Below are positions 40,115 through 52,374 of a DNA stretch of 64,000 bases, piece by piece (within the stretch, counting starts at the first letter, position 1; each line of letters starts with the position of its first letter). A model generated the notes under the pieces. That model saw only the letters and a list, made by a program, of their open reading frames with translations. It did no database searches and was not told the DNA's origin. The DNA is from Octopus sinensis (taxonomy: Eukaryota): assembly GCF_006345805.1 (NCBI RefSeq), contig NC_043000.1, positions 122,574,001 through 122,638,000 on the forward strand, read 5' to 3'. The translations under genes were made by a program, and so were the position numbers.

Positions 40115-40290
40115 TGTGAGAATTTACAAACAAAGCAAAGAAAAAGACGAAGACAGGTGTGTAAACAACAAACAAATGTATTAGTTTAACGCTCGGGAAG
40201 TGAAGAAGTCTTTTACATTTCGAGCCTACGCTCTTCAACAGACAGGAACACAGAAATAAACAGGGAGAGAAAATAGAAAATAGAAAATAT
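40115..40290 (-). mobile_element. PLE terminal-repeat remnant with HHR-like motif (40210-40246)
   Basis: CUGUUGA-AGAGC-guag-GCUC-GAAAU-GUA-AAAG. An opposite-orientation copy lies at 47160-47325. Confidence 0.6.
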
Positions 40291-41690
40291 ATGTATACTT
40301 GTACTTGTATATTTTTCAAATACGTATGAAATGAAGTAAAGAGAATTTGTTTGCTTCTTTTGTATTTTATCTCTTACTTGTGAACGGGACTGCATCAATG
40401 ATCTTCGCAGCCCCTGCTATACTTTAAACATTGATACTGGCGCAGCTACATCGTTCTTGAAGAGTTACCAGTAGATTATCGGAGGAAGAGCATATCTATG
40501 GACGGAATTTTAGAGAACCGAAGTTCAGTGACGGAAGAAATGTGCGTGGTATGAGAAGAAAAAGCTAGAGAGCTGGCAGTTTATATGAGTCTGGGACACG
40601 AGCTTGGTCAACCTGGAGGATCAGGGTCTCTGTCGCAGCAGTGAAAAAAGCAGTGCGCTGATAAAGCATTTAGAGGGATACAAATTTAAAACATGTATAT
40701 TTTGTTTTGTATTTATGATTGACATCATATCCAAGTCCATTGTAATTCTAGTGGAATCTAGGATGCCCGTGTATAATATAAGAAGCTGTTAAATCAGTCT
40801 TCTAATGGAAATTTCAATAAAAAGTTAATACTTGTGAGACCTGATGATTTTTCGGTACTAAAGTGGGAAACCAGCGTTTGAGACACAGTCTATCTTTGCA
40901 ATGTTGCAATGTTGAGAATGTTCATTCACTAGAAAATATCCATATTTTTAATGTTATCATTAAAAGCAGCGTATCCTTTTGTATATATTACTACAGAATA
41001 ATAATAGAAACCTATTTTCTAATATGAAATTATTACTATAGAATTTGGCAACTGTATTCAAGCGAAATATTTTGGAAATGAAACAAAAGAGTCACAAGAA
41101 TCCTTTCCTGCATATAATTCAAATTGAGCTGAAGAAGACAACATTAGCGTTGAATAAACTTGCAGGGAGTATAAAACTGTCGTTGTTTAGTGAATTCAGA
41201 AATAACAATATAAACCAACATGAAGTTTTGGCTGTTAAATAGTCTAATACATTCGTGAGAATTTATAGTTTCGAATATTTTAAACTGAATTACGTATTTT
41301 ATGGCTACAGCGAATATGAAACTATGAATATCTGTGTTGTAAAATGTGTATCTTTTTAAACTGAGCTGCACAGTGACTAAGATTTTAATACAGTGGTCGT
41401 CCTAACCACTGTGCCGAGATTATTAGCATTTTGAGACTTGTGGGTAAGATAAAATATTTTTATGTAAAGCTATGATATTAGTTTTTAAGGTACTTTTAGA
41501 TAGGTTCATGCTGTACAATGTAGGTGAAGGCAGAATTGCGTATTAGTGATTAGATTGCTTTGCGGTGGGTATCTAGCCATATATTTATAATCTTCATAGT
41601 TTTCGAGAAATATTTATTCATATCACCTTTTCAGGTGATAATTTCGTTCAAAATAGTTAATGCCATGTGACTTAAGATATCCAGCAGTGC

Positions 41691-42107
41691 CTCTTTTACT
41701 TTCTTTTACTTGTTTCAGTCATTTGACTGCGGCCGTGCTGGAGCACCGCCTTTAGTTGAGCAAATCAACCCCAGGACTTATTCTTTGTAAGCCTAGTACT
41801 TATTCTATCGGTCTCTTTTGCCGAACTGCTAGGTTACGGGGACGTAAACACACCAGCATCGGTTGTCAAGTGATGTTGGGGGTGCAAACACAGACACACA
41901 AACACACACACACACGCACGCACATATATATATATATATATACATATAAACATAAACGACGGGATTCATTCAGTTTCTGTCAGCCAAATCCACTCACAAG
42001 GCTTTGGTCTGTCCCAGGCTATAGTAAAAGACACTTGCCCAAAGTGCCACGCAGTGGGGCTGAACCTAGAACCATGTGGTTGATAAGCAAGCTACTTAAC
42101 GCATAGC
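41691..42107 (-). mobile_element. SINE family C
   Basis: Reverse complement of the 28017 copy. Confidence 0.9.
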
Positions 42108-43442
42108 AAGAAGTTCTTATATTCTTTGAGAGTTCGGGATGTGTGGTCTATAGTAAAGTATATACAGTCGGAACGCAAAGTAGGCTTACACATTTTTTCT
42201 TTTTTTATCAGAAGCTGCCACCTCGGCTTTCTGTATTTGAGGATTGGATAATATTTATATATTTAATATAGGAAACTTGGATAATACAAATAAGATGCGA
42301 TAATAAAGTATGGTTAAAAGTCTCGTATATTCTGGCAAACTTACTGGCTTATTGAACGTGCTTAAAAGTTGAATAAGTTGTAATTTAAAAAAAAAAGGGA
42401 CGTGGCTCAGTCGATTGAGCGAAACGGTTGACACTTTTCAGACACTGAAAAAGAAAACGGAAAACTTACAACAACAACTATGACTGCCAGGAGGCTATGA
42501 ATATGATCTGGCAGCAAGGTTCTAAAAGTGTTTTCGAAATGTCTAGTCTTGAAAGTCGCAAAATGTATGTTGATGATTCCTTGCAATAACGTTATTCCAT
42601 ATATATTTTTTTTCTCTCTAGTTTCAGCTAAGAGCTGCGGTCATGCTGATGCACTGCCGTTTTAAAAGACCCATTGAACTGAATTTATAACAAAAGAATC
42701 TAGACCGTAAGATATTTAAAACAAAATTCTTTACACGACATATCTAATATCACATTAAGTTGCAAAAGCATTGAATGAATCACAACACAAACAACCCCGC
42801 ATTGAGGGTAACTTACCTACAAGTGAAACATCGCAACTTAAATTCACTTTCAAAAGCCAACAAATTAAAAAAGTACAGAAGTAATCGAAACGAGATATAT
42901 AACAGTGAATATATTTTCTAATTCTGAATTCAAAATTTGAAAATTTAAAACTTGAAAATATTATGGCAAATTCTTATAAATAGCTTTAAGTCATACACAT
43001 TATCAAATGTTATTTGTGCTATACAATGGGGAAGTAGGAAAAAATAAAATTTAATAAGAATGGGAGGTGAACGTGAAATGTCAAGAAATATAATTGATTT
43101 GTGTTACGGATTCTGCCTTCTTTGATTCGATACAAAATGGGAATTTTGAATAAATAATTAGCTGCGTAGAGTAAGAGTATAAACCAGTTTATTGGTTTGA
43201 GTGTTGGTAGAAGTAGTAACCAGTTGGTATATAGTTGTTCAAAATAGTGAGTAAAGAAAATAAGCTGGGGGTAGACATGTCTATGCAGTTTGCTTTGCAG
43301 TCAGGTGATCTTTAATTCCGTACCACTGCGTGGCACCTTCGGCCAATGCCTTGCGAGTGAATTTAGTAGATGGAAACTGCATGGAAGACTGTCTTATATA
43401 TGTGTATGCGTGTCTATTTGTATGTATATGGATGTGAGTATA

Positions 43443-45071
43443 AAGTTGCGGCCAAAATGTTCAGAACGGCATTGTTTTCGTCAGAAAAGTAGATATAATT
43501 TTTTATCAAATTTGTTTTATATTCTATAATTTTCACAGACAATGAATACGATATGATATGTTATTGCCTGAGATTTTGGTGTAATTTGAGAGGATAATAC
43601 AAAAGTTATGGATGATTTAGTGATTTACTGCAAACTCCATGGCGGCCAAAATGATCAGAACGGTTGCTTTTACTCCGTGTTTTAGTATATTTAACCGGCG
43701 AACTCTAATGTTTTGAATTTGTTTACGTGACGGTTCGTTTACTAAACATTAGTAAGAATATTTACAGTGTACTTTGTTAATATAATGCCACTTACTCCGT
43801 TACCAATTCGTCAGCAGATTATTAAGCTTCGAAGGAAGGATAATTTAAGTATTGGATCTATTGCAAAGATTGTTAACAAGTCAAAAAGTGTTGTACACGG
43901 TATTCTTAAGGTCTACGATGATTGTGGTTCGTGTGAAGCAAGAAGGTCTACAGGTAGGCCAAGAAAAACGACCAAGAGAGAAGATCGTGCTATAGTAAAG
44001 TTGGTTAAAAAGGACAGATTTAAAACTGCTGCTGCTGTTTCTCGGAAAATGAGCATTATATTGAAGAAAACTTTATCTCGAAAAACTGTGTCTCGTCGTT
44101 TAGTTGAACACGACCTACAAGCAAGAGCACCTGCAGTGAAGCCACTGATCAGCTCCAAGAATAAAAAGTGTCGTCTTACCTTTGCAACCGAACATGTGTT
44201 GTGGTCTCAAGAAAAATGGCAAACGGTGCATTTCAGTGATGAATCTAAGTTTATGTTATTTGGCGCAGATGGGAAAAGGTACGTTCGTAGAAAAGTAGGT
44301 GAAAAATTGTTGCCTAAATGCCTTAAGACTAGTGTTAAATTCGGTGGAGGAAGTGTCATGGTTTGGGGAATCATATCTGGAGATAGTGTGGGCCCTTTGC
44401 TGCGATTATATGGAAAGTTAAATGCAGGAGTTTATAAACAACTTGTAAAAGATCATGTCTTGCCTGTGCTGAGAAATTCGACTAAGCGACCACCCATATT
44501 CATGCAGGACAATGCCCCATGTCACAAGGCTGAGGTGGCCATGAACTTCCTCAAGGCTGAAAAGGTTATTGTTATGGACTGGCCAGCTCAAAGCCCAGAT
44601 CTCAATCCTATTGAAAATGTGTGGAATATTCTAGGAGAACGTTCGAAAGCCAGAAATCCTAAAAAAACTGAGCAATTATGGAATGCCCTTCAGGAAGAAT
44701 GGAATAAGATCACCCAGCAAGAAATTGAAAATTTAATTTCCTCATGCAGTCGAAGATGTCAGAGTGTGATTGAAGCTAAAGGGCTTCACACTAAATATTA
44801 AATAATTCCAGTATTCTCTGTCATTTTTGATTATTTTGTTATTTTTTCAACCGTTCTGATCAGTTTGGCCGCCATGAGTCTTGCAGTAAATCACTAAATC
44901 ATCCATCACTTTTGTATTATCCACTAAAATTACACCAAAATCTCAGACAATAACAATTAATATTGTATTTATTGTCTGTGAAAATTATAAAATATAAAAC
45001 AACTTTGATAAAAAATTATATCTACTTTTCTGACGAAAACAATGCCGTTCTGAACATTTTGGCCGCAACTG
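43443..45071 (+). mobile_element. Tc1-family DNA transposon, IR/DR type, full length
   Basis: TIRs of about 224 bp (43443-43666 and 44848-45071), each bounded by direct repeats gcggccaaaatg(t/a)tcagaacgg. TA flanks at 43441-43442 and 45072-45073. Confidence 0.95.
43785..44801 (+). CDS. Tc1 transposase (DD34E), 338 aa, uninterrupted
   Basis: Paired-like HTH region, GRPRK linker, FSDESKF, KFGGGSVMVWG, QDNAPCH and SPDLNPIENVW. There are 34 residues between the second D and the E. Confidence 0.95.
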   Translation: MPLTPLPIRQQIIKLRRKDNLSIGSIAKIVNKSKSVVHGILKVYDDCGSCEARRSTGRPRKTTKREDRAIVKLVKKDRFKTAAAVSRKMSIILKKTLSRKTVSRRLVEHDLQARAPAVKPLISSKNKKCRLTFATEHVLWSQEKWQTVHFSDESKFMLFGADGKRYVRRKVGEKLLPKCLKTSVKFGGGSVMVWGIISGDSVGPLLRLYGKLNAGVYKQLVKDHVLPVLRNSTKRPPIFMQDNAPCHKAEVAMNFLKAEKVIVMDWPAQSPDLNPIENVWNILGERSKARNPKKTEQLWNALQEEWNKITQQEIENLISSCSRRCQSVIEAKGLHTKY

Positions 45072-45397
45072 TATGTGTAAATGTGAGTACGTGTGTATGT
45101 GTGTATGTGGTGTGTGAATTCGCATGTGTGTCTCTTTTGTTTATGTTTTTCTCCTTCATCGTTTGACAAGCGGTGTTTGACCCCGTCCCGTAAAAAAACA
45201 GTTCGGCAAAAGAGACCGTTAGAACAAATAACAATAATGGCGTTGACAAGCGTTGACTAATCCTTTGTTTCACCATGTTACTTGCTTCATTCATTTGATT
45301 GCAGCCATGCTGGAGTAGTACGGTGAAGAGTATTGGTCGAGAAAATCGGCACGAGTAGGTATGTTTTAAAAGACTGCTCTCTATTAAAAATAAATAA

Positions 45398-45495
45398 CTG
45401 CGCCCTTTTAAAGCCTAGCCAGGCTCATGGGCCCGATTTCCCGGTTTCTATGGCGCATGTGTTCCCCAGCTGGGCGGGACGCCAGTCTATCGCAG
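45398..45495 (-). mobile_element. 3' tail of a family A/B SINE
   Basis: cgccctttta aagcctagccaggctcatgggcccg seen directly. Confidence 0.8.
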
Positions 45496-45504
45496 TCTAT
45501 CGCA

Positions 45505-45675
45505 AATACCTTAGGAATGAGATCCCAGGTTTGAAATTTCTCCAAGACACCTGATAAACGCTGGCGGGTATATAAGCCGAAACGTTGTGTTAACAACGAA
45601 CAAGATAAGGACAAATATACGTCAAATATAAATAGTGTAAATAATATAAATAATGTATATTTTCTTGATCTCATA
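45505..45675 (+). mobile_element. PLE terminal remnant with degenerate HHR motif (45547-45590)
   Basis: ACAC-CUGAUAA-ACGCUG...AAGCC-GAAAC-GUU-GUGU, with stem I ACAC/GUGU. Confidence 0.55.
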
Positions 45676-46515
45676 AGGTCGGCTATCTGGCTTCTATGTC
45701 GTATAGCTGACAGAGATCACAATATTCCACTTGAAATAAACAAGTGTAGGAGCCGAGAAATTTTCTGAAGAATGGACAAGTCGCCTGTATCGACCAGTTA
45801 TTGACTGGTGCTTTATTTTGTCGAGTGATAGGAAAAATTTATTTTGCTGGATTTGAACGCAAAAAGTATTTGAACATATGTCGCTAAGTACTCTGCCGGC
45901 CTTGAGCACGCTTCTACCAAGCCGCCGCCTTGGCAACAATATGGTTGCAACCAAATAGCGTAGTGTATTTTTATCTCAGTCTCTAACGTGCTTGCAGTCT
46001 AGTTCCAAAGATTTTGAAAAAATAATGTAACTATGTCTAGGATATCAGAAAATGTAAATATTAAATATCATCGTGGTTATAAGTTGTAACATAGGTCAAT
46101 AATGAAATCGTTTATTATTGAACACATTTCAAACTTCATTTCTATTCAGTACTAAGACCAAAAGTTTAAATTACCAGTAAAATTACTAAATGAGAGATAG
46201 TGAAGATGAACTTATACATACGAAAGCATTTGAAATTAAGTTGAAGTTGCTGCATACGCATATATTTGGGACACATACACATATTTGCATGTATTTACGT
46301 ACATATAAATATACATGCACAAAAATAGACACATATACGTAAACACAACACACGCACGCACGCACGCACACATCTATATACGCATGTATATATTGAGAAT
46401 ATTAAAAATAAAGATTACTCTGAAGTAGCAACAGCATTACATTTAATTCAATAATCATATACTACTTTATATATATATGTATGTATCAAAAGAAAAACAG
46501 GACGCAAAGGATTCT

Positions 46516-46602
46516 GCGGTACATATGTTTCGGGCTTTATTGAACAACTTATATCAATGCATAATTGATATAACAGGTAGGTCAAAAGTCTTCTTCAGCC
46601 GC
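46516..46602 (-). ncRNA. Minimal type I HHR motif, same family as 8486-8563
   Basis: GCGG-CUGAAGA-AGACUUU...AAAGCCC-GAAAC-AUAU-GUA-CCGC. It sits in a repeat remnant at about 46487-46940. Confidence 0.7.
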
Positions 46603-46972
46603 GTACAATTACCACACTAAGGACATGTATCACATTATAGCAGATTTGAGAAAAAGTTTGGGAAAAAACCGAGTTTCATTGGGAAAGTAACTCCTCATAG
46701 GCGTATATGGCATTGCAAGACACCTAAACAAAACGTCCATATCGTTTTCTCACTCGGTAAAGAATGAAGGGATTGGATGTCGAGAGAAGGAGGAAAGGAG
46801 TGGAAGGGGGTAAGTATTTAATGAAGTTGGGATCACGGCATATGCAGGTGCTTACAGTTATCAAGTATTCACCCTGAATTTTTTGTACCTATCTCACCTA
46901 CGTTGTCACCTGAACTGGATCCTATATATGTTGTTCACTATTGGTGACGTCCTGTACCCATATATGCATATG

Positions 46973-47039
<67 letters not shown>

Positions 47040-47068
47040 ATATCTATATATATATATATCTATATATA

Positions 47069-47104
<36 letters not shown>

Positions 47105-47159
47105 TATTCGCACCAGTTTTATCCTATTTCTGCCTCACAACACTTTAAACTTTTCTGGA

Positions 47160-47325
47160 CTTTTCTCTTTTCTCTCCCTGTTTATTTCTGTGTTCCTTTC
47201 TGTCGGAGAGCGTAGGCTCGAAATGTAAAAGACTTTCTTACTTCCCGAGCGTTAAACTAATACATCTGTTTGTTGTTTACACACCGTCTTCGTTTTTTGT
47301 TTTTGATCTGTTTTTGTACATTCTC
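47160..47325 (+). mobile_element. PLE terminal remnant with HHR-like motif (47196-47231)
   Basis: Same family as 40115-40290, embedded between (TA)n tracts. Confidence 0.6.
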
Positions 47326-47348
47326 AATATATATATATATATCTATAT

Positions 47349-47415
<67 letters not shown>

Positions 47416-48330
47416 AATACATACATAATTGTGCGATCTGCGATAGCTGACTCCGGTTTCTTTCGCTACCATAGTGTATGTGCGGTAATTTTTCTAATTG
47501 GTTTATATTTCTTTGAGTAAATGCAAAGAAAATAACAATATCTTCTACTATGCTTGCGTTAATGGCAAATATTATTGGAGATAGTATTCATTACCCGACG
47601 CAATGGATAGGCCTATGCCAACGCGTCTGAGTTCGACACCATGTTGTATGTATGTATGTATAAATGATGCATGTATGTATGCATATATGTATAACGTATG
47701 TATGCATATATGTATGTTTGCGGTTCGGAAAGATAGTTGTGCATATTGAGGAAGTCATATATCCATTAAAGTTTTTCTATCTTTTCTCATGACACCAAAT
47801 TCAACGCGGTGGGTCTTAAAATGTCTGGTGAATGTATGTGTCTTTAAGCATGACAAAAGTGATAAATAATATTTATAACACTGTTCTAAAATAATTCACA
47901 ACGATTCGTATATTGCTGTGTGTTACCCAAACTAAAACTTCTCACATTTCGAAATAATCTCTATGCATATCAACAGAAAAAATTGTTGAATGTCTGTTGC
48001 GTATCCGAGTTTAATAGCTTATTCTAAAATTCTGTACTTAAAGTAATAATTTTTATACACATTAAATAAATGTTCTTTAGAAGCGAAGATATACCGCACA
48101 GACAAGCCGTATGCATTTCAGTTACTGAGTATACCTGTTATTGATGTTGCTCGAAACAAGATTTTAAAATTTGATACAAATTAAGATATATTCATCAGAG
48201 GTTGGTCGAGCAAGTATAAGACTAAACAACAACAACAACCACAACAGCAACAAAAATAATACCAACAACAATAATATCGACAACAAAAACAACAACAACG
48301 ACAATAATACTAATACTACTAATAATAATA

Positions 48331-48573
48331 CTCTTTTCTATTTTACTTGTTTCAGTCATTTGACTGTGGCCATGCTGCAGCACCGCATTTAGTCGAGCAA
48401 ATCGACCCCAGCACTTATTCTTTGTAAGCCTGGTACTTATTGTATCGGTCTCTTTTGCCGAACTGCTAAGTTACGGGGACGTAAACACACCAGAATCGGT
48501 TGTCAAGTGATGTTGGAGGGTCAAACACAGACACACAAACATATATACACACATACATACATTATATATATAT
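48331..48573 (-). mobile_element. SINE family C, 3' half (5' half at 52738-52906)
   Basis: Runs from the tail to the internal microsatellite. The remainder resumes after the PLE. Confidence 0.85.
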
Positions 48574-48779
48574 ATATTTGAGTAGTTGAATGAATTATCT
48601 TAAGGATAATTCGAGTTAACCGATACCTGGGTAGCAAATTCACATCAGAAAAAACACGGTTGAAGTTACGTGCCTAGGGCATAGATTACGTGCTTTCGTG
48701 TGAAAATTTGTATGTTTATTTTAAAAATATAAATATATGAAAGAATGGAGCTGAACGACGAATTAACAAAATTCCTTTA

Positions 48780-48863
48780 TTTTCGACATATGTTTCGAAG
48801 GCTGCATATTCCTAATTGCGAAGGAATAAGGAGTACAATATGCCGCTTTCTCATCAGGAAAAG
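48780..48863 (-). ncRNA. Canonical minimal type I hammerhead ribozyme in the PLE pseudo-LTR
   Basis: UUUUC-CUGAUGA-GAA..GCAUAUU...AAUAUGC..UUC-GAAAC-AUAU-GUC-GAAAA. All core nucleotides are intact, and predicted cleavage is between 48785 and 48784. Confidence 0.88.
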
Positions 48864-49476
48864 CAAGGAACTTATGTCAACATCAAAATGGACAAACAAC
48901 TTTTAGATGATTGCTCACACGGAGCCCATAGCGATAATGAGTGTCTCTTTAAAATATTCCTTTAAAAGGAGTGACGTCAAAATGGTTGGATATAGAAGAT
49001 TCTAGAAGGTTCTAAAGGTTCAAGGGTTCAAACGAAGTTGGAGGAGAGAGGCATAAGAATAGGAAGGTGAAAGGGTGCAGGTTATATGAATGGTGGATTT
49101 TGTTAATTTCTTTTGTGAATGAGTGCCTGTGTGTGTGACTGTATATAACTGCATTAATGTGTGTGTGTGTGTGTATGTGTGTGTGTGTGTGTATGTGTGT
49201 GCGTGATTGTGTATGTGGATGGGTAGATGTCAGAAAACAGACAATGGTGAGGTGAGAGGTTTGTGTCTGTGTGTTTGATTGTGCTTACTATAGAAATAGA
49301 GAGAGAAAGAGAGAGAGAAAGAGGAGGGCGAGGTAGAGGGACTAAGGCAACACATACCTCACTGGATTTGGTAGTAGTTCTTTGAAAGTATAAAAAAAAT
49401 TTATGACTATGGGGGTGACATATATAAAAAAAGAAGTTATATTAATTAAAATTCAAGGGGTTATCTATATTAATCA

Positions 49477-52116
49477 TTATTCATATGAGTGAAAGGTGTG
49501 TTTTTGCCAGTACATGCACCTGTAGGACCTCTCGATGGTTGTATTTATTAAAGGGACTTTGGCGAACAAAATATGAAAAAGTTCGGAATTACAGATGCCA
49601 CAAAGTTTTCTGCCCTTATCAAACGGAAAGGACACCGACAATATAGACCATTCCAGCTTGAAAGTTGTATTGCTGTCCTTCAGACGCCAAACTAATTTAC
49701 TTAGTCCCGTGCTGTGTTGTTTTCTCTTATCTCGGAAAGTTGAATAATGATTGGAGATCCTTTGGGCTAATTTAGAAGAAGTTGCTCCAATGTAGAAGAA
49801 GACATCGGTTCCAGAAGAAATTTTGCACTGGTAAATGGTGTTTCTAATTTTGGAATTTTGGGATAAGAACTTTAAGCTGTTGGGGTTAACTTCCGATACT
49901 AAGACAGAGTTTTTATTGTTATGATAGGTGTAAATATTGTTGCTAGCATTGGCCACGATACTATTCATCTTATTATCATTACTATTAATTGTAATATCGT
50001 CGGCAATTTCTCTGACTATAGGAATGCTGTGATTGTTATCATCAATAATACAATTGTTATTAGAAATGCTGTTACTATTACCACTAACACCACCACTGTT
50101 AATAATCCGGCTAATGTTATTATCATTATTACTATTGTTAACGCCAATGCTGCTATGAAAGTTGCTAATATCAATACTATTTCTATTATTATTATTATTG
50201 TATGTTAGGTTGGAATTGGTAAGGGCAGTGTCGCTACTCCTGGGTGATGAGTCCTTATTTGGCAGCTTATTATTATGGGAGGCAATTATCTGCGATAGAT
50301 TTCTAGTGTTGGAGAATGCAATCCTCACCTTATGCGAATTGATAGTAGAGTAATACCTAGAATTCCTGGGAAAGTTCCTAGCTATGGCTTCACGGAACTG
50401 TAAAGGGAGGTTAGACCTGATTTGTTTCCCGAAAGGAATGACAAACCAGATATAGTTTTTTTTACTTAGAATGGCTCAGACTGTTAAAATTTACATTAAA
50501 GGGAGTATTTCTGTGTTGTAGAATTGGTGTTGGTTTTCGATTGCCTCCTCTGGTCCGTAAATTATTTTTGTTAATCATATTAGTGTCGACGTTGCTAGAG
50601 CTGAAATCATTAATTACATTATTTCTATTGTTATTAGTTTTCTTATCCTGAGAAGCAAATATTAGTTTAGAATGGGCCGGGTCGATATATGATACCTTAT
50701 CCCTATAAGCGGCTTTTGACAAGGCGGCATTATAAAATTCCGCTTTTTGTTTTAAAATGTCGACATTCGCAGATAAAGTTGATAGTCTTAAGGATATATT
50801 TTTAACTAAATTATCGGTGATAGTTTTTCCATGGTTACTGAAAATGCTGACATATTTAAGGTTAGTAGAAGGCTTATGGTAAGGGAAGTAAGAATTGTTA
50901 TGCAGATTTAGGGTAACATCTAAGAAGTTGGCTTTAGTTAGTTCGTCGTCGAAAACTATGCTCATGCCCATTCTGCTAAAAAATCTAGCTAATCTGTTTT
51001 TAGTTTTCTGTATCATACTGTTCGGAGCATTATGTAGGTAAAATAGACAATCGTCTCGATACAGACCGCCGCAGATGTCCGGGAATTGGTCAGCTAATTC
51101 ATAGAGAATATAGATTCCGACCAAATCGGCTATCTGGGCGCTGTCTGAGCTTCCCATTGGCACATCGAACGCGTTGGGGGTAACCTTACGGACCCATAAC
51201 TTATCATCGAACTGTATGAAGGATTTTCTAGCCGCTAAACTTATATTAATTTCCTCCCTTGGGAGGCCTGCCTTATTATGTGCATGCCATAGGGCCTTAT
51301 TGAGTACACTAGGGTTGATCGAAGGGTAGAAACTAGAAATATCGAATTGAATGAATTTTGTGCTGTTTTTATTAGAAATAGAAGAAAACCACTCTACGAC
51401 TTGAGTGGAGTTAGACCATATGTTGAGTTTTAACTTATTGATTAATCTAGATATGTATTTATCTAAAATGTACTTACTAATGGAACCGATGTCGGAACTA
51501 GAGGGGCATATGAGCCTTAATGCTGGATTGGTGTGAAAGTTTGGTTTATGGTCCTTGACGATGAATCTTGGTTGTCTTGGGTTCAGCGGTTGTGTTTTCA
51601 TTTGTAATCCATAAGTTTCCATGATTTTCTTAATTTCCAAGTTGGCTTGTCTGGGTGTATTCTTATTTGTTGTTCTGTAATTCTTCTGTATTTCCTTCTT
51701 GAGCATTTCTAAATACTGGTTTTTTGCTAGCTTATAAGTGTTCCTGGTTTTATCTGATTGTACCAGGATAGTGTCTAAACTGTTTATATCTTTGGTGACT
51801 TTGTTGAGGTATCTAAGGTGTTTATTCCTAAGGGCGATTTACGGAATTTAATGCTCCTTACAATGTCCCATAGGTCGTCCTCAAATTTCTTCAGTCTGGG
51901 ATTAGGTGGAGGGGTTTCCCTCGACTTGAATAACATCTTATATTCGGAAGATGTTTCGGTACCGTTCTGTTTTATGTCCTCATTATCATGGAAGAAAGCG
52001 AGCCATCTAATTCGGTTGATGAATGCATTTGTTTTGTTAACAATTTCCTTAAGGAAGGTTTCTTTTGGTGGTATTGGTATGTCCTTAAGGGATGCGTTAA
52101 TCTCAAACAACTCCAT
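49477..52116 (-). pseudogene. PLE polyprotein (RT + GIY-YIG endonuclease) broken by two frameshifts
   Basis: N-terminus SLKDIPIPP..RIRWLAFF, then SDKTRNTY, KDHKPNF..RLICP, FDISSFYPSI, MGSSDSA, LYRDD, FLDVTL, IWFVIPF, IYQCKI..YIGAT..RISNH and CGIC. Frame breaks are near 51800-51830 and at or upstream of 50462. Confidence 0.92.
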
Positions 52117-52306
52117 TTGCGGTATCGGTTAAGGTAGCAGGATCTCAAGGAGGCTGTATATGAATATTTTAGTAGTTGAATGAATTATCTTATTAAGGAT
52201 AATTCGAGTTAACCGATACCTGGGTAGCAAATTCACATCAGAAAAAACACGGTTGAAGTTACGTGCCTAGGGCATAGATTACGTGCTTTCGTGTGGAAAT
52301 TTGTAT

Positions 52307-52374
52307 AAATCCTTAAATCCTTAAAAATATTTTAGCCCGAAGGCCGCGGCCATGCTGGGGCACCACCACTGAAT
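52307..52374 (-). mobile_element. About 68-bp 3' tail of the CR1-group LINE inserted in the upstream pseudo-LTR
   Basis: Near-exact reverse complement of 54253-54318. It is absent from the sister repeat at about 48713. Confidence 0.9.

Noticed and set aside
47440-47500. HHR 3' half (GAAAC-CGGA-GUC-AGC) on the minus strand; a similar half motif lies near 55185-55210
   Set aside because: No CUGANGA or matching stem I strand was found.
49477-52116. Possible selenocysteine recoding, as known in some Naiad PLEs, or programmed frameshifting
   Set aside because: The ORF breaks are TAA stops with frame changes rather than in-frame TGA at Cys positions. They are more simply decay or assembly indels.
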